The notes below the pieces were generated by a model that saw only the letters and a list, made by a program, of their open reading frames with translations, searched no databases and was not told where the DNA came from. 64,000 bases of DNA. Source: an uncultured delta proteobacterium. GTDB taxonomy: Bacteria > Desulfobacterota > Binatia > UBA9968. The position numbers were made by a program, and so were the translations under genes. Positions within the stretch are counted from its first letter, which is position 1. Every line of letters starts with the position of its first letter. Location of the stretch: assembly GCA_963760795.1 (NCBI GenBank), contig CAVXEP010000003.1, positions 1 to 64,000 on the forward strand, in the 5' to 3' direction. This document shows, piece by piece, positions 1-9,532 of the stretch.

Positions 1-538
1 GCGAGTCGATCATGACATTGCCAACAAAAAATATCTTGCCTGGATCTGTACCTTCGTCCAAGAGGTTTTTTGTGCCACCCTCCTCCGTCACGAACAAATA
101 ATCGGATAGGGTGTCAGTGATTATTCTGTTGATCTCTTCCGGCATAGTCCGATCGAAACTACGTAAACCGGACTCGACATGTGCAATGGGTATTTGCAAC
201 TTCGCAGCGGTCAGAGCCGCGGCGAGAGTGGAATTGACATCACCGACTACCAGGACCAGCGACGGGCACTCCTTTTCCAGTATGGGCTCGATCCTTTTCA
301 TCACCTCTGCTGTCTGAAAAGCATGGGAACCAGCCCCAACCCCAAGGCTATAATCGGGAGCCGGAAGATCCAGCTCCTGAAAGAATACCTCGAAAAGTTG
401 CCGGTCGTAGTGTTGGCCCGTATGAACTAGAACAGTTTCCACCACAGAGTTATGCTGATTCATTTTACGAATGGCCCAGACGATCGGCGCAATCTTCATA
501 TAATTGGGCCGCGCGCCGCTTACTAATACGATTTTCAT
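1..538 (-). CDS. wecB: UDP-N-acetylglucosamine 2-epimerase (non-hydrolysing), 3' end outside window
   Basis: Manual translation from ATG at 538: MKIVLVSGARPNYMKIAP...HTGQHYD...VVGDVNST...AHVESGLRSFDRTMPEEINR...VGNVMID; not in ORF track because it runs off the edge. Confidence 0.93.
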   Translation of the reverse strand, partial: MKIVLVSGARPNYMKIAPIVWAIRKMNQHNSVVETVLVHTGQHYDRQLFEVFFQELDLPAPDYSLGVGAGSHAFQTAEVMKRIEPILEKECPSLVLVVGDVNSTLAAALTAAKLQIPIAHVESGLRSFDRTMPEEINRIITDTLSDYLFVTEEGGTKNLLDEGTDPGKIFFVGNVMIDS

Positions 539-708
539 GGAGCTTTCTTGCCTGTGATAATGGAATTAATTCTGGTTCATATTAGCCGCGGCGGCTCTTA
601 ACCTCTTCGGCTGACTACGCGCGGTAATATGGCCAGATGCAGAGAGCGCAAAACTTGTCTTCTTCCCCTCTCTTCAGGCAGCGTCCAACGCGCCTCGGCT
701 AAACACAC

Positions 709-1830
709 TCACAGGGAAATGTGTTTTCGGATATGGGGCCCCATCAGATTCGCAAGGGGCAATGGCAGCTTTTTCCAGAGCGACACTAACGACGAAAAAC
801 GTTCCTTAGGAAGTGGCTGAACTGGACCGCCGTGACTTCCTTTCACGGACCAGTATTGCCAATAGAGTGGGGTTGCCTTAGCACCCCATTGCGCCTTGAA
901 TTTGTAGGTGCCTTCTGCCGGCGACGATCGCCCGAAATCGAACTTCAGAAATTTGTTATCGGCGGCGTACCTTAAAAAATTCCAGTACAACATCATGTTA
1001 GGACTTAATGAATTAAATTGCCTCACGGTCGACGCCCATGGAACAAACACCGTATCTCGTAATAAAAGCACAAGACCGGCGCCTATCGGCTTCTTGCCTT
1101 TATAAACGACCTGGACCTTAGATGATTTGCCGAACTCTTCGACGACCGCTTTGACAAGCATTTTTGAATGGACCGGCGACCCGAGGTCGCGCATGTTGAA
1201 GGAGAAAACTTTATAAAAATCATCTAGCAGTTCAATGCCACCAATATTAGAGACCAAACCTTCTTTTTCCGGTTTGCGGATTTGGCTTCGCAATTTCGGT
1301 GCGAAGCTCTGCCAAAGCTTCTCCGAATCGCCGTGCAGGTCCAGCACCATACGGACCTTGTGGGAGGAAGTCTTCAGGCGGTCAGAGCTAATACTCTGAG
1401 TATTTCTGAATTCAATGGTCGCATCATTGAGGTTCCGCGACAGTTCCGTCGATCTCTCTGCGAGAGCCGACACGACATGTTCATTATCAGCGAGTATGCC
1501 GCCGTAATCGCAGAACGGAAGTGATACCAGCTGATTTCCGAACATAAAGCTCCGTAAATGAAAAAGCGGCAAGACTCCAATAATCTTCGACAGTAGTGGG
1601 TTGGGTGATTTCGATGTCGCCATGATGTAACAGGAACGATGCCCATAAGCGCGCTCGACCGCTCGCTTCCATGCAGTTAGGTGGTAACATGTCGCATCCT
1701 TTTGAGCGATGACATAATCATCCCATTGCTGCTGATAATTGTCTTCATATTGAACTGTTTGCGGCATCTCCTTGTCACAATAGACTCGTGAGTTAGGTCG
1801 AATGCTGCCTTTGCCCAAGGTCTTTCCCAT
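709..1830 (-). CDS. FemAB-related GNAT protein, XrtA/PEP-CTERM-associated
   Basis: SLPFCDYGG, RDLGSPVH, FDFGRS, FKAQWGA motifs; EPS locus context. Confidence 0.85.
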   Translation of the reverse strand: MGKTLGKGSIRPNSRVYCDKEMPQTVQYEDNYQQQWDDYVIAQKDATCYHLTAWKRAVERAYGHRSCYIMATSKSPNPLLSKIIGVLPLFHLRSFMFGNQLVSLPFCDYGGILADNEHVVSALAERSTELSRNLNDATIEFRNTQSISSDRLKTSSHKVRMVLDLHGDSEKLWQSFAPKLRSQIRKPEKEGLVSNIGGIELLDDFYKVFSFNMRDLGSPVHSKMLVKAVVEEFGKSSKVQVVYKGKKPIGAGLVLLLRDTVFVPWASTVRQFNSLSPNMMLYWNFLRYAADNKFLKFDFGRSSPAEGTYKFKAQWGAKATPLYWQYWSVKGSHGGPVQPLPKERFSSLVSLWKKLPLPLANLMGPHIRKHISL

Positions 1831-1844
1831 AGGAACCTATGATT

Positions 1845-2717
1845 TCAGGCTGCATCGCTATCCAAAATGACGTCCGGTACATTTAGACCGGCGGCATAAA
1901 CTTCGCGAATGGGGGCAAACTTGAAATTTGCGAGTAGTTTTCGCACTTTCGTTTCCATCGTATTTAGATTGGTGTAATGACGCACTCGGCTTTTCCACCC
2001 GCATTGGATGCGTGGCTGGTCCGGATCAATCTCCCAGGGATGAAAATACACAACCGCCGGTTGGCGTTCGCGCACATTAAGCCTGCGGAGGGCAAAATCG
2101 GTCAGCGCATACGGAAAGAATCTCAGGTACCCGCCGCCCCCGACTGGCACGTTCCCGCCGAATACACTCAATGTTGAAAGAGGAATTTCGGCGATCCGAC
2201 CGCTTTTTTTCCGATCGATAACACTGAAAAACCGGTCATGATTGGGTATACCATACAGATCATGCCTGACTGGGAAAATGCTAGAATCGTATCGAAAACC
2301 TTCCTCCGCTAATATATCCAATGCCCAGAGACTCTCACTTGTTATGGAATAACTGGCCGCACGATAGCCAATGATGGATTGGCCTATGATATCCTCGACG
2401 AGTGTTTTTGCCTTCCGCGTTTCTTCGCGAAACTGCGCTGGAGTCTGTGTATAAATCCGACGATGAGAATATCCATGAGAGGCAACCTCGTGTCCATGTT
2501 TATGAATGGCTTGAACTAGTTCTGGATGTCGCTCGCCGACGCAACCCAACACGAAGAAGGTTGCCTTGGTTCCGTACTCGTCAAACATATCGAGAATGCG
2601 CTGAGTGTTTTTCTCCACACGACTTTCAAACTGATTCCAAGAGTCAGAACGGATAACTGATTCGAACGCTGAAACGTGGTAGTAATCCTCCACGTCGACC
2701 GTCAGAGCATTCATCAT
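1845..2717 (-). CDS. Polysaccharide deacetylase, XrtA-system (DUF3473) type
   Basis: NALTVDVEDYYH, GHEVASHGYSH, GYRAASYSI, GGGGYLR, YFHPWEIDPDQPR. Confidence 0.92.
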   Translation of the reverse strand: MMNALTVDVEDYYHVSAFESVIRSDSWNQFESRVEKNTQRILDMFDEYGTKATFFVLGCVGERHPELVQAIHKHGHEVASHGYSHRRIYTQTPAQFREETRKAKTLVEDIIGQSIIGYRAASYSITSESLWALDILAEEGFRYDSSIFPVRHDLYGIPNHDRFFSVIDRKKSGRIAEIPLSTLSVFGGNVPVGGGGYLRFFPYALTDFALRRLNVRERQPAVVYFHPWEIDPDQPRIQCGWKSRVRHYTNLNTMETKVRKLLANFKFAPIREVYAAGLNVPDVILDSDAA

Positions 2718-2801
2718 GAGTGTCCCAACCGAAGAACCGATCGAAACCCAATAGATACACCACGCTTTAAAAGTAGCAGGATTGTCGGATTCAGAGAAAT
2801 A

Positions 2802-4196
2802 TTACTGAGATCCACGGCTAAAAAGAACCACCTTTACTGTCTCAAATAATATTTGCAGATCAAAAATTGGCGACATATGTTTCAAATAGTAAATATCGTA
2901 TTGAAGTTTTTCTACAGCGTCATTCTCGCACGAACCGTACTTGTACGACACCTGTGCCCATCCGGTGATACCGGGCTTAACGGAAAACCGAAGATGATAG
3001 TATGGAATAGTTTCCTTAAGACTAATTACGAAAAAAGCACGTTCAGGCCTTGGGCCGACGAAGCTCATCTCGCCTCTTAATACGTTGAGCATTTGTGGGA
3101 TCTCGTCGATTCTTAGGCGACGAATGAGCGTTCCTACGCGCGTCGCCCTAGGATCATTTTTCTCGGCCCAGATCGGGCCTGACGTGGCCTCCGCGTTCTG
3201 CAACATAGAGCGGAACTTGTAGAGCATAAAAGGTTGTTCGTCCTGGCCCACTCTTTCTTGGCAGAAAAATATCGGCCCTGCGCTATCGAGTTTAATTGCG
3301 ACAGCGGTGAGAGCAGCGATGGGCGCCGATAACACGAGCCCCAGCGCTGAAGCGACGATGTCGATAGCTCTTTTGGCGAGGGTGACCCACGGTGTCCGCC
3401 TGAAACCATCGGAACGCGCAATCCAACCCGGGTGTAGATCTGTAATGGAGATCTTACTCATAAGACGTTCGTAAAACGTGTGACAGTCCTCAATGGGCAT
3501 GCCTTTGAGACGAAGAGTAACAAGATCTTGCCCCGGAAAGTTACCGTTGCCCTCCGCAACCAAAATTCGACTTACATCATTCGCGGCGGCAACATTCAAA
3601 ATAGAATCCCGTGGAAATACCGGTAGCGTTACAAGGCGCGGGTTGCCGTAGGCTAGTGTCTGGCTCCCGGCATTAGCACCGACGAACCCTACCACTTCCA
3701 TACCAAGATGCTTTCGAAGGTACAGTTGTTCCGACACTTGTTTGCCGATGTCCTGCAAACCGAGAATCAAAAGCCTGCCACGACATTTCGCTTTGCGAAA
3801 CAAGGTGATAACGATCAGTCGCCAAGTGAAAAGCCCGACGCCAATCAGCGAAATTTCTATTAGATAAATGTTCTTCGAGCCAGCTTCTTGGTATGGATAG
3901 CTGCCCATACCGATGATGATGCACACAACACCAAAGCCGTTGAGAAAACGGAGGGTCATCTCCCGGCGAGACAGCGTCTGATCGAGTACATAGAGATCCG
4001 CATAGTAAAACGTTGTCACAATAAGGCTCGTAATGACGCCGGCCAAAATCATCCAGCGCGACCAGTCAGCGATGTCGGCCACGCCGGCGTAAACCATAGC
4101 GTATCGCGCCGTCATGGTCGCGCCCACCACTAAACCAACGTCTCCTACTACTAGAAGAACATCGTAGGGGGACAAGTACCTATTGTAGAGTCGCAT
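2802..4196 (-). CDS. Undecaprenyl-phosphate priming sugar transferase (PEP-CTERM-associated type)
   Basis: N-terminal TM helices; C-terminal KFRSM, RIDEIPQ, MSFVGPRPER, KPGITGWAQV. Confidence 0.92.
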   Translation of the reverse strand: MRLYNRYLSPYDVLLVVGDVGLVVGATMTARYAMVYAGVADIADWSRWMILAGVITSLIVTTFYYADLYVLDQTLSRREMTLRFLNGFGVVCIIIGMGSYPYQEAGSKNIYLIEISLIGVGLFTWRLIVITLFRKAKCRGRLLILGLQDIGKQVSEQLYLRKHLGMEVVGFVGANAGSQTLAYGNPRLVTLPVFPRDSILNVAAANDVSRILVAEGNGNFPGQDLVTLRLKGMPIEDCHTFYERLMSKISITDLHPGWIARSDGFRRTPWVTLAKRAIDIVASALGLVLSAPIAALTAVAIKLDSAGPIFFCQERVGQDEQPFMLYKFRSMLQNAEATSGPIWAEKNDPRATRVGTLIRRLRIDEIPQMLNVLRGEMSFVGPRPERAFFVISLKETIPYYHLRFSVKPGITGWAQVSYKYGSCENDAVEKLQYDIYYLKHMSPIFDLQILFETVKVVLFSRGSQ

Positions 4197-4413
4197 GGGC
4201 GCGGACTATTTCTAAAGTTATGTTCAGATCGACGGCGAATTAACGACACATGGCAGAAGCACGGAATGTATTGGCAATCGCAAACTCGAATGTTCGCTTT
4301 GGGACTTTCGCGGAGGTGACCGAAATCACATTGCAAACCAGCTAGTGCAGTGCCTCATATATAAGGGCACTTATAATTCCACATACTATTCACCTCGAAC
4401 GACCAGAATGATT

Positions 4414-4547
4414 CACCACAGAGGGTACAGAGATCACAGAGTAGGGGCCGGTCGCGACCGGCCCGTTTCGGAATCGGAATATCTCCCGCAGAGTACGCAA
4501 GGGGCGCAAAGCTCGGATCTCTTCGTTGGGGCGTATTGCATACGCCC
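4414..4547. repeat. Cluster of REP-like palindromes and short ACAGAG repeats
   Basis: GTAG-headed perfect palindrome GGGCCGGTCGCGACCGGCCC (4445-4464); GTTG-GGGCGTATtgcATACGCCC (4525-4547); ACAGAG x3 at 9-bp period. Confidence 0.6.
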
Positions 4548-4738
4548 TGGGGTGGTGGAGCGCCATTGGCGTGGCGGCGAAATTGGCGTAGGCGCGGAAG
4601 ACTCGCAACGATTGGAATACCAAGACCGGATCTGCGGATAAACTACTAACAGCGTGAGACATTCCACTGGGTATCGGCAGCTGGTTCGAGATTACTACGA
4701 GATAGAACAGGTCAAGAAGAATTTGGTGGGCCCTTCGA

Positions 4739-5830
4739 TCACGAACGATTATGCTGCGGGTAGTAGGAATTGTAGTACCTTGAGTCGCTGCCGAGTTCAG
4801 CGCTGTTCAAAATAATCCCCATTAGCTTATTCGCGCCCAGGGATTTAATTGCTTCGGTCACACAGCTTCGTGGCGTCGTGCCCGCCCGAACGACAACGAC
4901 AATTCGGTCGACGAGCTGTGCCACAACAATCGAATCGGACGTCGAGAGAACTGGCGAGGTATCAACGACGACTAAATGATCTGGAAATCGGACCGGTAGC
5001 TCCTTCATCAATCGCGACATTTTCGCGGATGCGAGCAACTCCGACGACCTGTTCGTCGGAGTCCCGGCCGGCAGAATCTGCAAACCTGCCATGGAAGTTT
5101 TGTAGACATAGTGCCTCACGTCCTTGCTGGAGCTTGTCGTTAAGTAATCGGTTAGTCCCGGTTTTACTGGAACACCAAAATACTTATGGATTGTCGGATT
5201 GCGGAGATCTGCGTCAATCAACAAGATAGGTCTTTCATGATCCAAAGCCACCGCGGCAGCAAGATTTGCAGCCACGGTTGTTTTGCCTTCTCCTTTTGCC
5301 GCACTCGTGACCGCCAGCACTTGAGCGCCGGCTTCCCTGAATATTTTTCTGATTTGTTCACGCAGAATTCTATATTGCTCCGCGACCGGCGAAGCCGGCT
5401 CCAGTGCAAGTAGTGGAAACAAATTGATTTTCCCAAGTCCCCAGCCAAACAGAAACTCTTCAATCCGCTCGCGAAAAGGCCGTGCAGGAGTACTATAGAA
5501 AGTCTCGGATGCAGCGACGATCGACTCTGCACCGATCGACTCTGCACCGACATGTCCAGACGTTATTATTCCCTCGCCCGCTTTGGCGCCTTCGACGAAT
5601 TCGTTTGTTCCGAGTATGTGGTTCCAACCGTTAGCTCCATTAGCTGCACGATGGCTCCCCTCTGGAATTACTTCGCGCCGAACTTCAGCGGCTGTAATGT
5701 CATGCTTGGAATCGCTTGTGACATCGTTAGATTCACGCTCTCCACTATCCCTTTCAAGCGCGTCAGATACTCTGCCCATTACGAGACACCCAATGCCATT
5801 ACGAAGTAGATTTGCAAAACCAAATACCAC
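4739..5830 (-). CDS. CpsD/CapB family BY-kinase (cytoplasmic tyrosine kinase)
   Basis: EQYRILR, Walker A SAAKGEGKTT, LLIDADLR, VVVDTSP, C-terminal Tyr cluster RYYNSYY; start uncertain. Confidence 0.9.
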   Translation of the reverse strand: MVFGFANLLRNGIGCLVMGRVSDALERDSGERESNDVTSDSKHDITAAEVRREVIPEGSHRAANGANGWNHILGTNEFVEGAKAGEGIITSGHVGAESIGAESIVAASETFYSTPARPFRERIEEFLFGWGLGKINLFPLLALEPASPVAEQYRILREQIRKIFREAGAQVLAVTSAAKGEGKTTVAANLAAAVALDHERPILLIDADLRNPTIHKYFGVPVKPGLTDYLTTSSSKDVRHYVYKTSMAGLQILPAGTPTNRSSELLASAKMSRLMKELPVRFPDHLVVVDTSPVLSTSDSIVVAQLVDRIVVVVRAGTTPRSCVTEAIKSLGANKLMGIILNSAELGSDSRYYNSYYPQHNRS

Positions 5831-5964
5831 CTAGAAGACCGCAGAAGCCGATCATAATATTGTCACTAGATTGCAAACACAAATAGTGGAGTAGATCTAA
5901 GCATATTTAAGGAACGTCTAAGGAAGAGTCAACTGAGGACAAGCTAAAGCCACCGGTGATACAA

Positions 5965-7239
5965 CTAATGTTCCGATTGAAACGCCCGGATTTCTGCGAA
6001 CATATACTGCAGAAAGCCGACCTTCAACTTGTCATCCGAGATTTCTTCGCTGGTGTCGTTAACTAATTGGGTAAGTCGTGACTTAGGGAACGCACCTAGG
6101 GATTCACCCAAGGTTGCAATGCGATCCTCGACGACGTAAGGCGCCATGGGTCCCATGGCTTCAGTAAGGGCATAAATCATTTTATCGAAAAATCGAGAAG
6201 ACACAGGATCGGATGTCAAAACAGATGCTGGGGTATTTTGGCTCTGAGGCTTAGATGACGCGACGATCGCTTTATCTGGATCGTTCAAAGGGCGGGTCAT
6301 CGTCTTTTTGTTGTTCGGAGGTAGCTTTCCTAGATGCTGCTCGATGCTCCCCCCGGACAGCGAGTTAATAACTGGCCGATCAATGCTTGGCTGTGCCGCC
6401 CCTCTTCGCTGCGGAGACACGCCAAGTTGCAGTTCCCGAGCAATGTCTGCAATCATCGTCGGATCAACGCTAGTCTTGTGTGAACCGTAAGCAGCCAGCA
6501 GGCCATTGTCACAAAGGATGTTAACCATTCGGGGGATACCGCCGGTATACTTATGTACAGCTGCTATCGTATCAGCGGGATATAACGACATTCCACCACC
6601 AGCAATTTCAAGACGTTTGGCTATATACTTTTCACATTCACTAAGATTGAGTGGGCTCAAATGGTGACGCAAGGCGACTCGCTGTTTGATCTGTCGCACA
6701 TCGGCGCGGTTTAGACGGTTGCCGAGCTCAGGCTGGCCAACCAACAGAATCTGCAATAGTTTTTCTTGTGCAGTTTCAAAATTAGACAAGAGCCGCACGT
6801 TCTCGAGCACCTCAGAAGACAAATTCTGCGCCTCATCGATAATCAGCGCAACGTTTTGACCATTCTGATAACAATCCAGAAGGAAGTTTTCCAGCAAGGA
6901 AATATAATCGTGAAGCTGTCTGTGGTTGTCCTGATTAGTGACGAGTCCGAACTTCTCGCAGATATAGCGCAGAAGGTCCTGTGGGCCAACAATCATATTA
7001 AAAATTAGCGCTGTCTTCGTGGTCCCATTGAGTTCCTCTAAAAGGCACTGAATCAAAGTAGTTTTGCCGGTACCGACCTCTCCGGTCAAGACTACGAAAC
7101 CTCTTCGAGTTTTAATCCCGTATACAAGCTGGGCTAGCGCTTCTTTATGGCTATCGCTAAAATAAAGGAAACTCGGATCCGGGCTAATACTAAACGGCTC
7201 CCTTTTCAGGCCAAAATGTTGGCAATATATAGGCAACAT
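5965..7239 (-). CDS. ExeA/GspA-type AAA ATPase with extra C-terminal helical domain
   Basis: YCQHFGLKREPFSISPDP, GEVGTGKTT, IIDEAQNL, LVGQPEL, GGIPRMVNILCD. Confidence 0.9.
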   Translation of the reverse strand: MLPIYCQHFGLKREPFSISPDPSFLYFSDSHKEALAQLVYGIKTRRGFVVLTGEVGTGKTTLIQCLLEELNGTTKTALIFNMIVGPQDLLRYICEKFGLVTNQDNHRQLHDYISLLENFLLDCYQNGQNVALIIDEAQNLSSEVLENVRLLSNFETAQEKLLQILLVGQPELGNRLNRADVRQIKQRVALRHHLSPLNLSECEKYIAKRLEIAGGGMSLYPADTIAAVHKYTGGIPRMVNILCDNGLLAAYGSHKTSVDPTMIADIARELQLGVSPQRRGAAQPSIDRPVINSLSGGSIEQHLGKLPPNNKKTMTRPLNDPDKAIVASSKPQSQNTPASVLTSDPVSSRFFDKMIYALTEAMGPMAPYVVEDRIATLGESLGAFPKSRLTQLVNDTSEEISDDKLKVGFLQYMFAEIRAFQSEH

Positions 7240-7243
7240 ACGA

Positions 7244-8776
7244 TCAGCGAAGAGGCAGTGAGGAAGCAAACAATCGAATAAACGTTAATCCCAGAGCCAA
7301 AACGACAGCAGAGCAGGCTATGGTTACCGCTCTTAAGCTCCTCTGTTCTAGCACCGCTCCGCGGGTCGAGAAACTTGACAGAACCGCCAGCACCGGAAGA
7401 TTGCTGTAACCATCAAAATCTTCCGCTTTCCTGAACGAAGGCTTCAAGATATCGAGCAAAAAAGCCATCCCACAACCACCGGCAAGTCCCACCAAGAGAC
7501 TAATCAATAGGATCATTGGTCGATTCGGTGATATCGGGTTTGCCGGCCGGGTGGGACTATCAATAATTCTAAATTGCTCACCCTTTTGCGTCCTTTCCAT
7601 ATTTTCTGACAATCGCGAATCAAATTCTTTCGCCAGAAGCTCCTGAAATTTCCTCAGCGTAATTTCATAGTTTCGAGTGATTTTTGCCAGTTCGACAGAT
7701 CGGATTGGCGTGTTGTTAACGCGAGACTGGTACGAAGCGATTTCGTTGTGTAGTATCCGATTTTTTTCCTTAAGTGTTGCGATTTCTGCGGATATATCGT
7801 CAATTTGGGCAATAAGCACTTTACCCATCGGGTTGCTTGACGTTTGTAATTTGCTGGAAGCACTATTCTTAGTATTAGAGAGTTGAGTTGAAGGCTCCAA
7901 AGCCATCCTCTCAATTTCCAGCTTCAGTCGAATGACATCAGGATGCTTTTCACTGTACGCTCGGCGCAAGGCGGCTAGTTCACTCCTACGATCCTCAATG
8001 GTTCCAGGCGCTTGAATGGTTGCCCCTTGCCCGACAACGTTCGTCACGGCGGGAACAGCGACAAGTTGTTTTTCCAAACTTGATTTTCGCTCTTCTAGCG
8101 CGGTCAGTCGCAACGTAGCATTGTCCATTTCTCGGCGAAGCTGCTCCAGCGTCCTGAGATTTGCGTCGAGCTGTTCTGGAAGGTCTTCCCGATAACGCGA
8201 CTTGTAGAGGTTTACTTGCTGCTCCTGCCCCTCCAGCTCCTTGCGCAATCGTTCCGATTCACTATTAATAAACACCGTGGTTCCGGCTGCTTGAAGTTCC
8301 CGGACCTTGACGCTTTCATCTATAAACAACATTGCAACACGGGACAACACCCGCATCGCTAGTTCCGGTTCGTTCGATTCAAATGAGAGACTAAACGTAT
8401 CGTTTTTATTGATCTCCAACTTTATACTTTTGCGTAATGCTACGATACGACGCTCGTTGTCGTTGTTCGGTCCGATGGATGGAAATAGATCAAATTCCCG
8501 GACAATCTTGTCCAGGGTCGTTCGGCTCAGAATCTGCTCTGAAATCGCCCTCAAGCGTTGTTCGATACTCTGAGTTACGGTTGAAGCAACGTAGTTCTGA
8601 GGTAAACGTTGAGGCGTGACCAAAATAAGGGCGTTAGAGCGGTAGACATTAGGTAAATTAACCGCCAAAAACGTTCCTAGAATTGACACGACTAAAAAGC
8701 TGGCAATGACCAGATCTTTTCTACGTAAGATTGGCTCAACTAGTCGGGAAATATCCAATCCTCGATCTGTGTTCAT
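7244..8776 (-). CDS. Polysaccharide co-polymerase / chain-length determinant (Wzz/GumC type)
   Basis: Two TM segments flanking a coiled-coil periplasmic region; YSEKHPDVI; FRIIDSP..P..PISPNR. Confidence 0.9.
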   Translation of the reverse strand: MNTDRGLDISRLVEPILRRKDLVIASFLVVSILGTFLAVNLPNVYRSNALILVTPQRLPQNYVASTVTQSIEQRLRAISEQILSRTTLDKIVREFDLFPSIGPNNDNERRIVALRKSIKLEINKNDTFSLSFESNEPELAMRVLSRVAMLFIDESVKVRELQAAGTTVFINSESERLRKELEGQEQQVNLYKSRYREDLPEQLDANLRTLEQLRREMDNATLRLTALEERKSSLEKQLVAVPAVTNVVGQGATIQAPGTIEDRRSELAALRRAYSEKHPDVIRLKLEIERMALEPSTQLSNTKNSASSKLQTSSNPMGKVLIAQIDDISAEIATLKEKNRILHNEIASYQSRVNNTPIRSVELAKITRNYEITLRKFQELLAKEFDSRLSENMERTQKGEQFRIIDSPTRPANPISPNRPMILLISLLVGLAGGCGMAFLLDILKPSFRKAEDFDGYSNLPVLAVLSSFSTRGAVLEQRSLRAVTIACSAVVLALGLTFIRLFASSLPLR

Positions 8777-8825
8777 GGTTTCACTCTAGTAAATTCAGTA
8801 AAAAGCAATACTCCCCGGGAACGCT

Positions 8826-9440
8826 TCATTTCACGATGATACGATCCCCTGGACGAAGTATGATGTCCTGCTTCAGGTCACCGTCGATAATAGCGTCGTA
8901 ATCGGAGACGTATTCCGTAATCTTGTCCCCCGTGCGCCGTACCGTCCTAATATTGCGCCGATCCGCAAAGATCGTTAATCCTCCGGCACGCGTGATGAGT
9001 TGAAGAAGTGTTTCAGTCCCTGCTAACGGCATAGCTCCCGCTTTGTTAACCTGTCCAACCAAAAAGACCTCGCTTGAGGCTATGCCTTCCACACGAATCG
9101 TCACCGCGGGACTATTTACAAAGTCCTTGAACTTTTCCTCTAAAAGTTTTCGCAAACCGCCGGTGGTCAAACCAACGACCTGCACCTCATTAACCAGCGG
9201 CAAGGTAATGAATCCATCAGGGCGAACTTTCACTGGCCCCGACAGCGTAGGTTCCTTCCAGATGAGAACGCTTAAAGAATCCCCCGCTCCAATGACGTAA
9301 TATTCGTCTGGAGGCTTGGTCGGATCTGGTGTATTGGGCGCGACTCGATACTCACTAACTCTCAGATCCTTGGCAGCACAAGACATCACAGTCGTACACA
9401 GAAAAATTGACAAGAAGATCTTAATTCTTCTCATAGGCAT
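8826..9440 (-). CDS. wza: Polysaccharide export lipoprotein (Wza family)
   Basis: Lipobox VMSC; YVIGAGDSLSV.IWKEP.LS..VKVRPDG.ITLPLV; SLBB domain LRPGDRI. Confidence 0.88.
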   Translation of the reverse strand: MPMRRIKIFLSIFLCTTVMSCAAKDLRVSEYRVAPNTPDPTKPPDEYYVIGAGDSLSVLIWKEPTLSGPVKVRPDGFITLPLVNEVQVVGLTTGGLRKLLEEKFKDFVNSPAVTIRVEGIASSEVFLVGQVNKAGAMPLAGTETLLQLITRAGGLTIFADRRNIRTVRRTGDKITEYVSDYDAIIDGDLKQDIILRPGDRIIVK

Positions 9441-9532
9441 TCCTCGAAGCTTCAAAACTTGACGATGGAGGGGGGCCAATAGCGGCTAACGATGCAAGAA
9501 GAACGGCAATCCCAGTGGCTGGACAAACGCAG

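Noticed and set aside
4341-4355. sigma54 box before the sugar transferase
   Set aside because: Spacing is correct, but the match is weak (AGGCACTGCACTAGC); not enough support to call
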